A stretch of 19,913 nt of DNA from Candidatus Bilamarchaeaceae archaeon (GTDB taxonomy: Archaea > Micrarchaeota > Micrarchaeia > Anstonellales > Bilamarchaeaceae), in the NCBI GenBank assembly GCA_038851325.1, contig JAWCKZ010000012.1, positions 1-19,913 on the forward strand. The letters are read 5' to 3'. Shown piece by piece: positions 1 to 8,479 of the stretch. Each line of letters begins with the position of its first letter. The first letter of the stretch is position 1. A program made the position numbers and the translations under genes. The notes under the pieces are model-generated. The model was not told where the DNA came from. It ran no database searches and worked only from the letters and a program-made list of their open reading frames with translations.

Positions 1-102
1 AGCGCGAAGAATAAATATGGAATGACGGCGTTGTGGTATGCTGCCCTGTTGGGGCGTACTGAAACTGTTGAAATGCTGAAGAAATACGGAGCAAAGGAGT
101 GA
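1..102 (+). CDS. 3' end of an ankyrin-repeat protein (partial; paralog of 364..1194)
   Basis: Frame 1 reads SAKNKYGMTALWYAALLGRTETVEMLKKYGAKE*, nucleotide-identical to 1093..1194. Confidence 0.85.
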   Translation, partial: SAKNKYGMTALWYAALLGRTETVEMLKKYGAKE

Positions 103-195
103 ATCTATACCATCGGATTAGAAAAAAACTGCTGGCTTTGTTCACGTAGCTTCTTTTTTCTTCCTCTTTGAGAACCTCTTTTAGCGGTTTCTTTA
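1..195 (+). repeat. Direct repeat copy A (ankyrin 3' end plus downstream intergenic DNA); copy B is 1093..1286
   Basis: Alignment by eye: identical except one extra A in a homopolymer (7 vs 6) and one G/T substitution. Confidence 0.95.
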
Positions 196-363
196 AAAAA
201 CATACCAGTATTTTTATAAGGAAGGCGAGTAGCAGCATTGCTGCGCGACGAGCGCCTATGAGTAAACCTATGAGTAAACATAGTAATTTTTAATACCTCA
301 AGTTGTAAAAAATAATAACATTTAAATACTTTTTGTTACATATGCGTTAATTGGTGGTAAAAT

Positions 364-1194
364 ATGAATGGTATAAAAAATCAAAAAATAAGGGAAAAGG
401 TCCGCGAAGGATGTGAGAAGAAAGGTCCAAGGCTGAAGGGGCCACTCGTAGAACCGGCAATTAAACCAAAGCTTACAGAAGAACAACAGACGGGCTTATC
501 TGTCTTCCTATGCTACTACCAATTTTTTGAAGCAGTTAAAAAAGGAAACACAAAAGAGGTGGAAGAGCTGCTTACAAAGGGAGTGAATGTGAACGCGAAG
601 AATGAATGTGGAAGGACGGCGTTGATGGAGGCTGCCCGGAATGGGGATACTGAAATTGCCAGGATGTTGATTGAAAAGGGAGCAGGGGTAAATATAAAGA
701 ATGGATCTGGAATGACGGCGTTGATGTATGCTGCCGTGTTTGGGCGTACTGAAATTGCTGAGATGTTAATTGAGAAAGGAGCAGATGTGAACGCGAAGAG
801 TAAATTTGGACCTGGAATGACGGCGTTGATGTGGGCTGCCCGGAATGGACATACTGAGATTGCTAAGATGTTAATTGAGAAAGGAGCAGATGTGAACGCG
901 AAGGATAAAAAGGGAAAGACAGCGTTGATGCATGCTGCCGAGCATGGGCGTACTGAAACTGCTGAGATGTTAATTGAGAAAGGAGCAGATGTGAATGCGA
1001 AGAATAAAGATGGAACGACGGGGTTGATGTATGCTGCCCGAAATAGAGATACTGAAATGGTTAGGATGTTAATTGAGAAGGGAGCAGATGTGAGCGCGAA
1101 GAATAAATATGGAATGACGGCGTTGTGGTATGCTGCCCTGTTGGGGCGTACTGAAACTGTTGAAATGCTGAAGAAATACGGAGCAAAGGAGTGA
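364..1194 (+). CDS. Ankyrin repeat protein (N-cap plus about 6 repeats)
   Basis: Repeated 33-aa GxTALMxAAxxGxTEIAxMLIEKGADVNAK consensus, after a basic N-terminal leader of about 50 aa. Confidence 0.95.
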   Translation: MNGIKNQKIREKVREGCEKKGPRLKGPLVEPAIKPKLTEEQQTGLSVFLCYYQFFEAVKKGNTKEVEELLTKGVNVNAKNECGRTALMEAARNGDTEIARMLIEKGAGVNIKNGSGMTALMYAAVFGRTEIAEMLIEKGADVNAKSKFGPGMTALMWAARNGHTEIAKMLIEKGADVNAKDKKGKTALMHAAEHGRTETAEMLIEKGADVNAKNKDGTTGLMYAARNRDTEMVRMLIEKGADVSAKNKYGMTALWYAALLGRTETVEMLKKYGAKE

Positions 1195-1286
1195 ATCTAT
1201 ACCATCGGATTAGAAAAAACTGCTGGCTTTGTTCACGTAGCTTCTTTTTTCTTCCTCTTTGAGAACCTCTTTTATCGGTTTCTTTA
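1093..1286 (+). repeat. Direct repeat copy B of 1..195
   Basis: Near-identical to 1..195 at an offset of 1092. Confidence 0.95.
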
Positions 1287-1397
1287 TCTCGTGAGATATT
1301 GGAGAGACTGCCGAGCAAGACTCCGCGATCTTCGGTCGCTGGGACCCAGAGAGCAGAGCTCCCCAGGTTAGCCCTGAGCCGTTGTATTTGCAACGCC

Positions 1398-2693
1398 CTA
1401 ATGACCTTTGGAAGCCAATCGTTTTTGTTTAGTTTCAGATTGTCGGCTTCTTCGCGTGACTGCGAACAACGAACCATGATTTACTCTTTCTACCTTTGCT
1501 TGTACCCAACTACCAAGCCTTGCCTTTCTGTTGAGTACAACCTGTTTGTAGTTTTTGGTCCTTCCTTTTCTACCGTTTTCTTCTAACATCAACACATCAA
1601 TTGTTTTTCCAATAGCCGATCTATTTTTTTCCACGCACAGCCATCGAACTAGTTTGGTTATTTTTCTACTTCTTTCCTTTATAACATTTGTATGCAAATG
1701 CCGCATCTCCGCTGCCTTCGTTCCTGTGCGCACAGTGTACTTTGAGATGTTAACCACATCAGGTTTTATTTTTTTGAGTAATGAAATGGTTTTCATAAAA
1801 TCTCTTTCTGTCTCTGTCGGATAGCCAACAATTATGTCTGTGGCTATTGTGATATTCGGGATTGCAGCGCGAAATCTATTCACCCATGATACGAAATCCC
1901 TTACGCTATGCGGACGGTTCATAGTCCTGCATACGTGTTCGCTTCCTGTTTGAACAGGAAGATGTATGAATTTATAGAATTTATCAGACTTCATAATCTC
2001 AATTAACTCATTTCCAAACCGATTCAAGTGGTGCGGGTTTATCATTCCAAGACGGATTTTGAAATTTCCGTCTATCTCTGCAATTTTTTTGAGGAGAGCG
2101 GGAAGCGTATCGCCATTGTCAAGCCCGTATGCGCCAACATCCATCCCTGTAATTTGTATCTCTCTTGCACCCGCCTTGATGCCGTTCTCGATCCACATCT
2201 GAATCGTTTTTAGCGGATAACTTCTTAGACGTGGTCGCGCAAGCCTTGTTTGACAGAAGTAGCACGAGCCAGTGCAGCCTTCCTGGATTGGAATGCGTAG
2301 AATTGGTGTTGTTAGTTCTCTGGTAAGGTTGCTCTTTTCAGTGCTGTTTGTAAACCATGCGCTCCTGCCTGCTTTTGCAGTTTCTATAGCTTCGCATATC
2401 GCCCCAACGCAGTGTGGCGGAAGGACGACAGGGTTTTTAATTTCCTTCAAGATTCTTTTCCGATTAACATAGATGCAGCCAGAAATCACAAATGGTTTAA
2501 GAGTTCGCTTCATCCTTTCCATAATCTTATTTTCTGTTGCTGCCTTTACAGTACAGGTGTTAAAAACAATTATATCTGCCTCCTTCTCACTCTGTGCGAT
2601 CTCGTATCCCGCATTCCGCACGATCCCTTTCATAATGTCTGTGTCTGCTTGGTTAAGTGTGCATCCGTAGGTCTCAAAATAGACCCGTGTCAT
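1398..2693 (-). CDS. mtaB: Radical SAM tRNA methylthiotransferase (MiaB/MtaB family, probably t6A37 methylthiotransferase)
   Basis: N-terminal ETYGCxxNxAD and NTCTV (UPF0004 domain), CTGSCYFC radical-SAM motif, HLPVQTGS, TDIIVGYPTET, and a C-terminal TRAM-like GRTKNYKQV. Confidence 0.88.
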   Translation of the reverse strand: MTRVYFETYGCTLNQADTDIMKGIVRNAGYEIAQSEKEADIIVFNTCTVKAATENKIMERMKRTLKPFVISGCIYVNRKRILKEIKNPVVLPPHCVGAICEAIETAKAGRSAWFTNSTEKSNLTRELTTPILRIPIQEGCTGSCYFCQTRLARPRLRSYPLKTIQMWIENGIKAGAREIQITGMDVGAYGLDNGDTLPALLKKIAEIDGNFKIRLGMINPHHLNRFGNELIEIMKSDKFYKFIHLPVQTGSEHVCRTMNRPHSVRDFVSWVNRFRAAIPNITIATDIIVGYPTETERDFMKTISLLKKIKPDVVNISKYTVRTGTKAAEMRHLHTNVIKERSRKITKLVRWLCVEKNRSAIGKTIDVLMLEENGRKGRTKNYKQVVLNRKARLGSWVQAKVERVNHGSLFAVTRRSRQSETKQKRLASKGH

Positions 2694-2802
2694 GGATAGT
2701 ATTGTTTTAAAACTCTTTATAAATATGTAAAGTTAACGCATAGTAGTATTATAAATGTATAATAGTATAAAAACCACACTGAGTCAAGGCGTGTGATTTT
2801 CA

Positions 2803-4239
2803 ATGGTAGGAAAAAAAGCAGATTTCATTATAAGAAGAGTCGAGAAGGGACCCCTTCAAAGGTTTAAGAATCAAAATCTTTTGCTAAAAAAGTTTGGAGA
2901 GGTTGGGCTGAAGGTATATCGTGCCATAACTGGAAGGAGAACAACTGAGGAGCTTAAGAAGGATCTTGCACTCGAAGACAAGATATTCTATCCAGTTATA
3001 GATTATATGCAGGAGACTGGAATGGTGGAGTTAGTACCAAAGAGCACTAGAGAGATAGAAAAGGCACCGGTGGAAAGAGCAGCTGAGGAGATCCCTTCAC
3101 CACCCAAACCTCCTTCTAAGAAAGCAAAGGAAAAGAGAGCAGCAAGGGCGCCTCGGCCACCAACTCCGAAAGAAGTAAAGAAAGAAGTGCCTGAAGAGGA
3201 GAAACCTGAAGAGGAGAAACCTGAAGAGGAAGAGCAACTTGAGGAAATAAAACCTATAGTGTCTGAGGAGGAAGAAGAGGAGGAAGAAAAGGAAGAGATA
3301 GAGCCCATACTGCCTGAAGAAGGTGCGGAGATAAAAAAGGAAGAGGAAAAGGCTGAGGAAGAAGCGCCTGAAGAGGAGAAGCCAGAGGAGGAAAAAGAAG
3401 AGGAAAAAGAAGAAAAAGAGGAGTTCGGTTTTGAGATGGAGGAGGCAGCAACAGAAGAGGAAGTGCTCACATCTGTTGAAAAGATAATAAAAGAAAAGTA
3501 TGGGGATGTTGGTCTTCAAGTCTATGCGCTTATAGATGGCGAGAGAACAGCAGAAGAGATCATGAAGGAGGTAGGTATAACAGAGTCGAAACTGATAGAG
3601 ATACTAGATTTCATGGATAAGCAAGGGATAATAAAGCTTGAGTATCCAAAGGAGAAAAAACCAGTAGCGCCAATTGCTCCTCCAACTGAGGAAGTAGCTG
3701 AAACGGGCTTTGCGCCTATGCTGGAAGCGGAAAAGGCACCAGAAGAAGTTAAAGAAATAACAATTCCGAATCCTGTTGAAGTTCCCGTAATTATCTCGGG
3801 TGACATTATAAAATCTGTTCAGGTTAGTGCAAAGGTCTTTCTGACCTTTAAGGACGAAGGCAAGCGAATACAAGGCGAAATAGACGGCAAAAAGGACGTG
3901 ATAGACATTGCGCTAAAGGTTAATGCGCCTCTTTATAAGGTTTATGATATTCTAAATTTCCTGATGGACAATGGGATGCTAATCCTTAAACCCATGCCAA
4001 GGGAAGATGTTAAGAAAAAATATGGTGATGACGGCTTTACGATATATAAGAAATACGGACGAGAAGGATTAATGCTCTATGAGCTTGTCGGAAGGGATCT
4101 TACCTTTAAGCAAATGGCAGACATGGTAACGAAAGATAAGGAGAAAGCTGTAGACATGTTTCTTTTTATCCATGAGGTTCTTGGTATCGAGCTTCCTCTG
4201 GATAGAGACATTCTACTTAAACAACTAACTACTCAATAA
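2803..4239 (+). CDS. Hypothetical protein with about 4 repeated winged-helix-like modules and a long Glu/Pro/Lys-rich linker
   Basis: 478-aa ORF with recurring K[FY]GxxGxx[VI]YxxIxGxRTxEE[IL]-like motifs; upstream TATA-like TTATAAA and GTGTGA RBS. Confidence 0.8.
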   Translation: MVGKKADFIIRRVEKGPLQRFKNQNLLLKKFGEVGLKVYRAITGRRTTEELKKDLALEDKIFYPVIDYMQETGMVELVPKSTREIEKAPVERAAEEIPSPPKPPSKKAKEKRAARAPRPPTPKEVKKEVPEEEKPEEEKPEEEEQLEEIKPIVSEEEEEEEEKEEIEPILPEEGAEIKKEEEKAEEEAPEEEKPEEEKEEEKEEKEEFGFEMEEAATEEEVLTSVEKIIKEKYGDVGLQVYALIDGERTAEEIMKEVGITESKLIEILDFMDKQGIIKLEYPKEKKPVAPIAPPTEEVAETGFAPMLEAEKAPEEVKEITIPNPVEVPVIISGDIIKSVQVSAKVFLTFKDEGKRIQGEIDGKKDVIDIALKVNAPLYKVYDILNFLMDNGMLILKPMPREDVKKKYGDDGFTIYKKYGREGLMLYELVGRDLTFKQMADMVTKDKEKAVDMFLFIHEVLGIELPLDRDILLKQLTTQ

Positions 4240-4608
4240 TTAGCTTGCAACTCTACTTAGCGAGATTCTCTCAAGCGCGAGGGGATCTGCATGCTTTCGC
4301 AACTTTAGGGGAAGTCTTTTTCCGATCCTCTCATATTTTTTCCTTTTAAACAGTATGAGCAGACACATCTTTCCCTTTGGTTCAGAGACGGCTAGCGCTG
4401 AGCGTATGTCTCTTTTTCCTGTGAGCCAAAGCAAAAATTCATACTTGAATTTTTTTGCTATGTTCTTTTTATTTTTGAAAGCAAGTTTAGCTAGAAGGTA
4501 TGCAAGATAAAACTCTTCTTTAGATCTTGCAAAATCGCTTCTCACAGCTATTATACCCTCTGGAAGTTTTGAAAGATTGCAATTCTTTACACGAACTACT
4601 CTAAACAT
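4240..4608 (-). CDS. cgi121: KEOPS complex subunit Cgi121-like protein
   Basis: AxxAFxxxxNIAKxxxxEFLLWLTGKRDIRSAL and C-terminal ALERIS resemble Cgi121/TPRKB motifs; GGTGAT RBS. Confidence 0.7.
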   Translation of the reverse strand: MFRVVRVKNCNLSKLPEGIIAVRSDFARSKEEFYLAYLLAKLAFKNKKNIAKKFKYEFLLWLTGKRDIRSALAVSEPKGKMCLLILFKRKKYERIGKRLPLKLRKHADPLALERISLSRVAS

Positions 4609-4704
4609 ATCACCAACTTGGAAACAAACAGAATAGTTTTAAAACATGCCTTATAAAATATTTCCATAAATGTATTTCCATAAAATGTTATCAGGTGAAT
4701 TCTG

Positions 4705-5088
4705 ATGAAACAGTATCACGAACCATACAGAAAGAAAGTTAGTTCTGGAACAGGTGGAAAAAAGGTAAAGTTTAGGGATAAGAAGCTTGCACATGTCGGT
4801 GGTGTTTTTTCTGCGACAAGGGTTAGCGATAGCGATGTGAGAGTAAAGAGAAGACTTAGGGGCGGAAAAACAGCCACGAAATTAAAAAAAGCATCAGTTG
4901 TTAACGTGGTAACAAAGACAGGAGTAAAAAGAGCAAAAATTATACGGGTTCTCGAAAGCCGTAATCCAGAATTCGTTCGTATGAATATAGTAACAAAAGG
5001 AGTAATTTTAGAAACAGATATAGGCAAGGTAAGGGTCACAAATCGTGTGGGGCAGGATGGTATCGTTAATGGAATTTTAATTACCTAA
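4705..5088 (+). CDS. rps8e: 30S ribosomal protein S8e
   Basis: TGGK, RxRGG, RxNIVTKGVILETDIGKVRVTNRVGQDGIVNGIL; GGTGA RBS. Confidence 0.96.
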   Translation: MKQYHEPYRKKVSSGTGGKKVKFRDKKLAHVGGVFSATRVSDSDVRVKRRLRGGKTATKLKKASVVNVVTKTGVKRAKIIRVLESRNPEFVRMNIVTKGVILETDIGKVRVTNRVGQDGIVNGILIT

Positions 5089-5111
5089 TTCTATTTATTT
5101 TATCTTTCTAT

Positions 5112-7301
5112 TTATTTTATCTTTCCTTCTCTGATTTTCTCCGTTTTTAGCACCTTTCCCCTTATGAGAAGCGGTATGCCGTCAGCCAACGCCCTCCAGT
5201 CTCTAACTTCAAAAATTATTTTTTCAAAATCTTTTATAGTTATAAATTTCTTTGGTTTTGGTTCTACTCCCTCAGCAACAACTTTATCGCCGACCTCACC
5301 TTCGCCTGGTGGAAGGAGTTCAATGTTGCCTGCTGCATCCTCCACGACGAGAAGCATCCCGTTTGAATCGATACCCCGCAGTTTTGCTGGCATTAGATTT
5401 TTTACGATTATTACTTTCTTTCCAAGTAGTTCGTCCTCCCTGCAATATGGAACAAGACCTGATACTATCTGCCGTTCCTCATCACCAAGCTTCACCCGCT
5501 CCACATAAAGTTTTTCTGCATTTGGATGTTTGGTCACCTCTGTTATAACACCAACCTCAAGATCAAGCTCTGCAATAGAAGACGTTGTTTTTTCCTGTCC
5601 CCCGCCAAACCTTTTTTTCAGCGCAGCAATGTCCCTGTCCTCAAGCTTTGTGAAGAGTATCTTGGGTATGCCGATTCTATGACCTTCTCTCAACGGTTTT
5701 CCGATTCTATCCCATTTTTTTTCTGAAGGGTCAAGATTTAACTGTCTGAATATCTCGCTGCTTGTATATGGTAGGTATGGTTCTATAAGAATGGCCATAT
5801 CCCTTATCTGATTTACAAGCATATTTAGCACAGTAGCCGCTCTTTCTCTATCTGTTTTGATTAGCCTCCAGGGTTCATTTTCCTGGAAGTACTTATTTGC
5901 GTTTTTCGCAAAACATCCAACTATGAGATGCAGACCTGTTCTTATCGAACACCGTTCCAGTTCGCTCTCTATTTTTGATATTGTTTCTTTTTGTGTCTCC
6001 ATAAACATTTTGTCATTTTCATTTAATTCTCCGGCTCGTGGGACGCTTTCATCGAAATTGTTCGCTATAAAAACAAGCGTTCTGTTAACAAGATTGCCAA
6101 GGTTCGCTATCAATTCGTTGTTTGTTTTGTCTTGAAAATCCTCCCACGTAAAGTTTGTGTCTGATGTTTCTGGACGATTTGCAAGTAGATAATACCGCCA
6201 AACGTCTGCCGGAATGCCAGAAGCCATCGCCCCATCGCCAAAAACACCGATCCCGCGCGATTTCGAAAATTTTCCACCTTCGTAATTAAGATACTCGGTT
6301 GTGCTTATATGATAAAGCATCGTCCATTTTTCATCGGTGCCTAGGAGCGTGGACGGAAATATTACTGTATGAAATGGCACATTATCCTTTCCCATGAATT
6401 GATAGAGTAAAACTTCATCCGGATTTTTCCACCAGCTTTCCCATCTCTCTGTATAATCTGCCGTTATCGATATATAACCGATTGGCGCATCAAACCAGAC
6501 ATAAAAGACCTTATCTTCGTAACCTGAAAGCGGAACAGGCACCCCCCACTTTAAGTCGCGCGTTATGTCTCTTCTTTTTAATCCCTCCTTTAGCCATGAT
6601 TTTGCGATTGCAATCGCGTTTTCAGACCATTTGCCTTCCTTAGAGCGCTTTTCTATCCACGTCTCTACCTTTGACTGAAGCTTGGGTAAATCTATAAAAA
6701 GATGTCTAGACTTTTTCACGATGGGTTTGGTTTTTGTTATTGCGCTGAGCGGGTTTATCAACTCTGTTGGCTGAAGAAGTTTTCCACATTTATCGCATTG
6801 GTCGCCTCTCGCGCTTTCGTAGCCGCAGAATGGACAAGTGCCTTCGACATACCTATCTGCCAGAAACATCTTTGCCTTTTCATCGTACAGTTGCTCTATT
6901 TCTTCCTCTGTCACATAGCCGTTCTTATACAACTGAAGAAAGATATGTTGCGTTATTTCAGTATGTTTCTGGGTTGATGTTCGTCCAAAGTAATCAAACT
7001 CTATGCCGAACCATTCGTATATTTTCTTATGTATCTCATAGTATTTCTTACAAATCTCTTGCGGTGTTGTTTTTTCTTCGAATGCCTTTATTTCAGTTGC
7101 AGTGCCGTACTCGTCAGTCCCGCAGATATAAAGCACATCATATCCCCGGAGTCTACAGTAGCGTGCGAAGACATCCGCTGACAATACGCATCCGATTATG
7201 TTGCCGAGATGCGGGATGTTGTTTACATACGGAAGCGCAGAGGTGATGAGCACCTTCTTCCTTATCTCCGCCTTTTTTATTCTGGCTATTTTATCACCCA
7301 A
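5112..7301 (-). CDS. metG: Methionyl-tRNA synthetase with C-terminal OB-fold tRNA-binding domain (start codon uncertain)
   Basis: ITSALPYVNNIPHLGN (HIGH motif), CPFC and CDKC zinc knuckle, YVWFDAPIGY, KFSKS (KMSKS motif), C-terminal HPNAEKLY and QIVSGL. Confidence 0.97.
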   Translation of the reverse strand: MGDKIARIKKAEIRKKVLITSALPYVNNIPHLGNIIGCVLSADVFARYCRLRGYDVLYICGTDEYGTATEIKAFEEKTTPQEICKKYYEIHKKIYEWFGIEFDYFGRTSTQKHTEITQHIFLQLYKNGYVTEEEIEQLYDEKAKMFLADRYVEGTCPFCGYESARGDQCDKCGKLLQPTELINPLSAITKTKPIVKKSRHLFIDLPKLQSKVETWIEKRSKEGKWSENAIAIAKSWLKEGLKRRDITRDLKWGVPVPLSGYEDKVFYVWFDAPIGYISITADYTERWESWWKNPDEVLLYQFMGKDNVPFHTVIFPSTLLGTDEKWTMLYHISTTEYLNYEGGKFSKSRGIGVFGDGAMASGIPADVWRYYLLANRPETSDTNFTWEDFQDKTNNELIANLGNLVNRTLVFIANNFDESVPRAGELNENDKMFMETQKETISKIESELERCSIRTGLHLIVGCFAKNANKYFQENEPWRLIKTDRERAATVLNMLVNQIRDMAILIEPYLPYTSSEIFRQLNLDPSEKKWDRIGKPLREGHRIGIPKILFTKLEDRDIAALKKRFGGGQEKTTSSIAELDLEVGVITEVTKHPNAEKLYVERVKLGDEERQIVSGLVPYCREDELLGKKVIIVKNLMPAKLRGIDSNGMLLVVEDAAGNIELLPPGEGEVGDKVVAEGVEPKPKKFITIKDFEKIIFEVRDWRALADGIPLLIRGKVLKTEKIREGKIK

Positions 7302-7398
7302 AATAATCGTTTCGTTCTGTTCTACCTTTTACTAACTTCTTTTAATCCTTATTTTAAATGTTTTAAATGTTTCGTATTATTATACTAAAAGTGGTATT

Positions 7399-8463
7399 AT
7401 GGAAAACGCAATCCTTGAAAAAAGAAAGGCACTTAAACCTCTTGGAACGCACACAGCAGTTGGTCGCCTTCATGAACTTGATAAATGGAAGGACGTGCCA
7501 TACTTAAAAGATAACAATGGCATGCTTCCACCGTTTATAATCGCGGTTGGAAGTAGGGAGCGCGTTAAAAAAGCGCCAGATATATTACAGATAAAAGATC
7601 CTGCTTTCATAGATGAGATTGCACTGGAAATCGCAGGACTGGATGCTTATGGCAGGGTGACTCTCTTGGTTGGCGTCGTTAAGGGAAGGATAGAATTTCC
7701 ACTTGCGATAGTTGAGACGCAGATGGGATGCCCTGCAACTCAGATAAATCTGAAAGAAATCCTCTACTTCACGAGAGATGATGGGTATTCCTGGAACAAA
7801 AAGGAGATAAAGACAAGCGGTATCTATGTCGTGCGTGCTGGAACCGCTGGAGGTGTTAACAGTCGCTCATCCAACAATTTTGCGATGTCTATAGGTGATA
7901 TCGCAATAGGAACTGAAAGCTACGGTTCTATCGGAGCTATCCTTCAGTCCGAACTTTCTATTTTAGATTTCGCAAGCGTCAATGCTATGGAAAGGGTAGG
8001 ACGTTGCATCAAGGATGTTATCAGAAACCCTCTTTATGTTAGTCATGACCGAAAGCACTTTAAGACGTTGGCTTCGGTAGACCTATTCTGTCATCTTAAA
8101 GCAGCCGCAGAGGAACTCAAACTGAATGCCATCGCTGGTCCGAATTTCACAAAGGACTCACTTTATGCGGAAATGGGAGAAGAGAAGTTTGCTGAATTAC
8201 GTAATGCTTATGGAGTAATAAGCACTGAGATGGAACAGATGATTATAGATGTGGTTGCGGCAGAATTCAGAGAGAAGGGAATATACGTTGGCAGCGGATT
8301 GGTGTCCGCAATAATAGGCGCAATTCCAGGTAAGTCTTTCCCAGAAACAGAAAATGAAAAAAGAGCCGCAAAGGAAGCGGAGGCTAATACGCTAAGGCTT
8401 GCTGCAAAGGCATTTGAGCGCATAGCGCAAAACCTATCCCCCGTAGAATCAAACCACAAATGA
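7399..8463 (+). CDS. Nucleoside phosphorylase (PNP/UDP family, uridine-phosphorylase-like)
   Basis: GSxxRV, MGCPAT, VRAGTAGG and STEME motifs. Confidence 0.75.
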   Translation: MENAILEKRKALKPLGTHTAVGRLHELDKWKDVPYLKDNNGMLPPFIIAVGSRERVKKAPDILQIKDPAFIDEIALEIAGLDAYGRVTLLVGVVKGRIEFPLAIVETQMGCPATQINLKEILYFTRDDGYSWNKKEIKTSGIYVVRAGTAGGVNSRSSNNFAMSIGDIAIGTESYGSIGAILQSELSILDFASVNAMERVGRCIKDVIRNPLYVSHDRKHFKTLASVDLFCHLKAAAEELKLNAIAGPNFTKDSLYAEMGEEKFAELRNAYGVISTEMEQMIIDVVAAEFREKGIYVGSGLVSAIIGAIPGKSFPETENEKRAAKEAEANTLRLAAKAFERIAQNLSPVESNHK

Positions 8464-8479
8464 TGGCCGTGGATGACGC

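Noticed and set aside
364..1194. Diversity-generating retroelement target/template pair
   Set aside because: The duplicated coding segments are identical, repeat-to-repeat differences are not adenine-specific, and no reverse transcriptase is in the window.
1061..1586. ORFs 1061..1477 (-) and 1299..1586 (+)
   Set aside because: They overlap well-supported genes, lack motifs, and have no clear RBS.
3003..3519. Ser/Phe-rich antisense ORFs (also 13825..14109)
   Set aside because: These are shadows of Glu/Lys-rich low-complexity coding sequence on the opposite strand.
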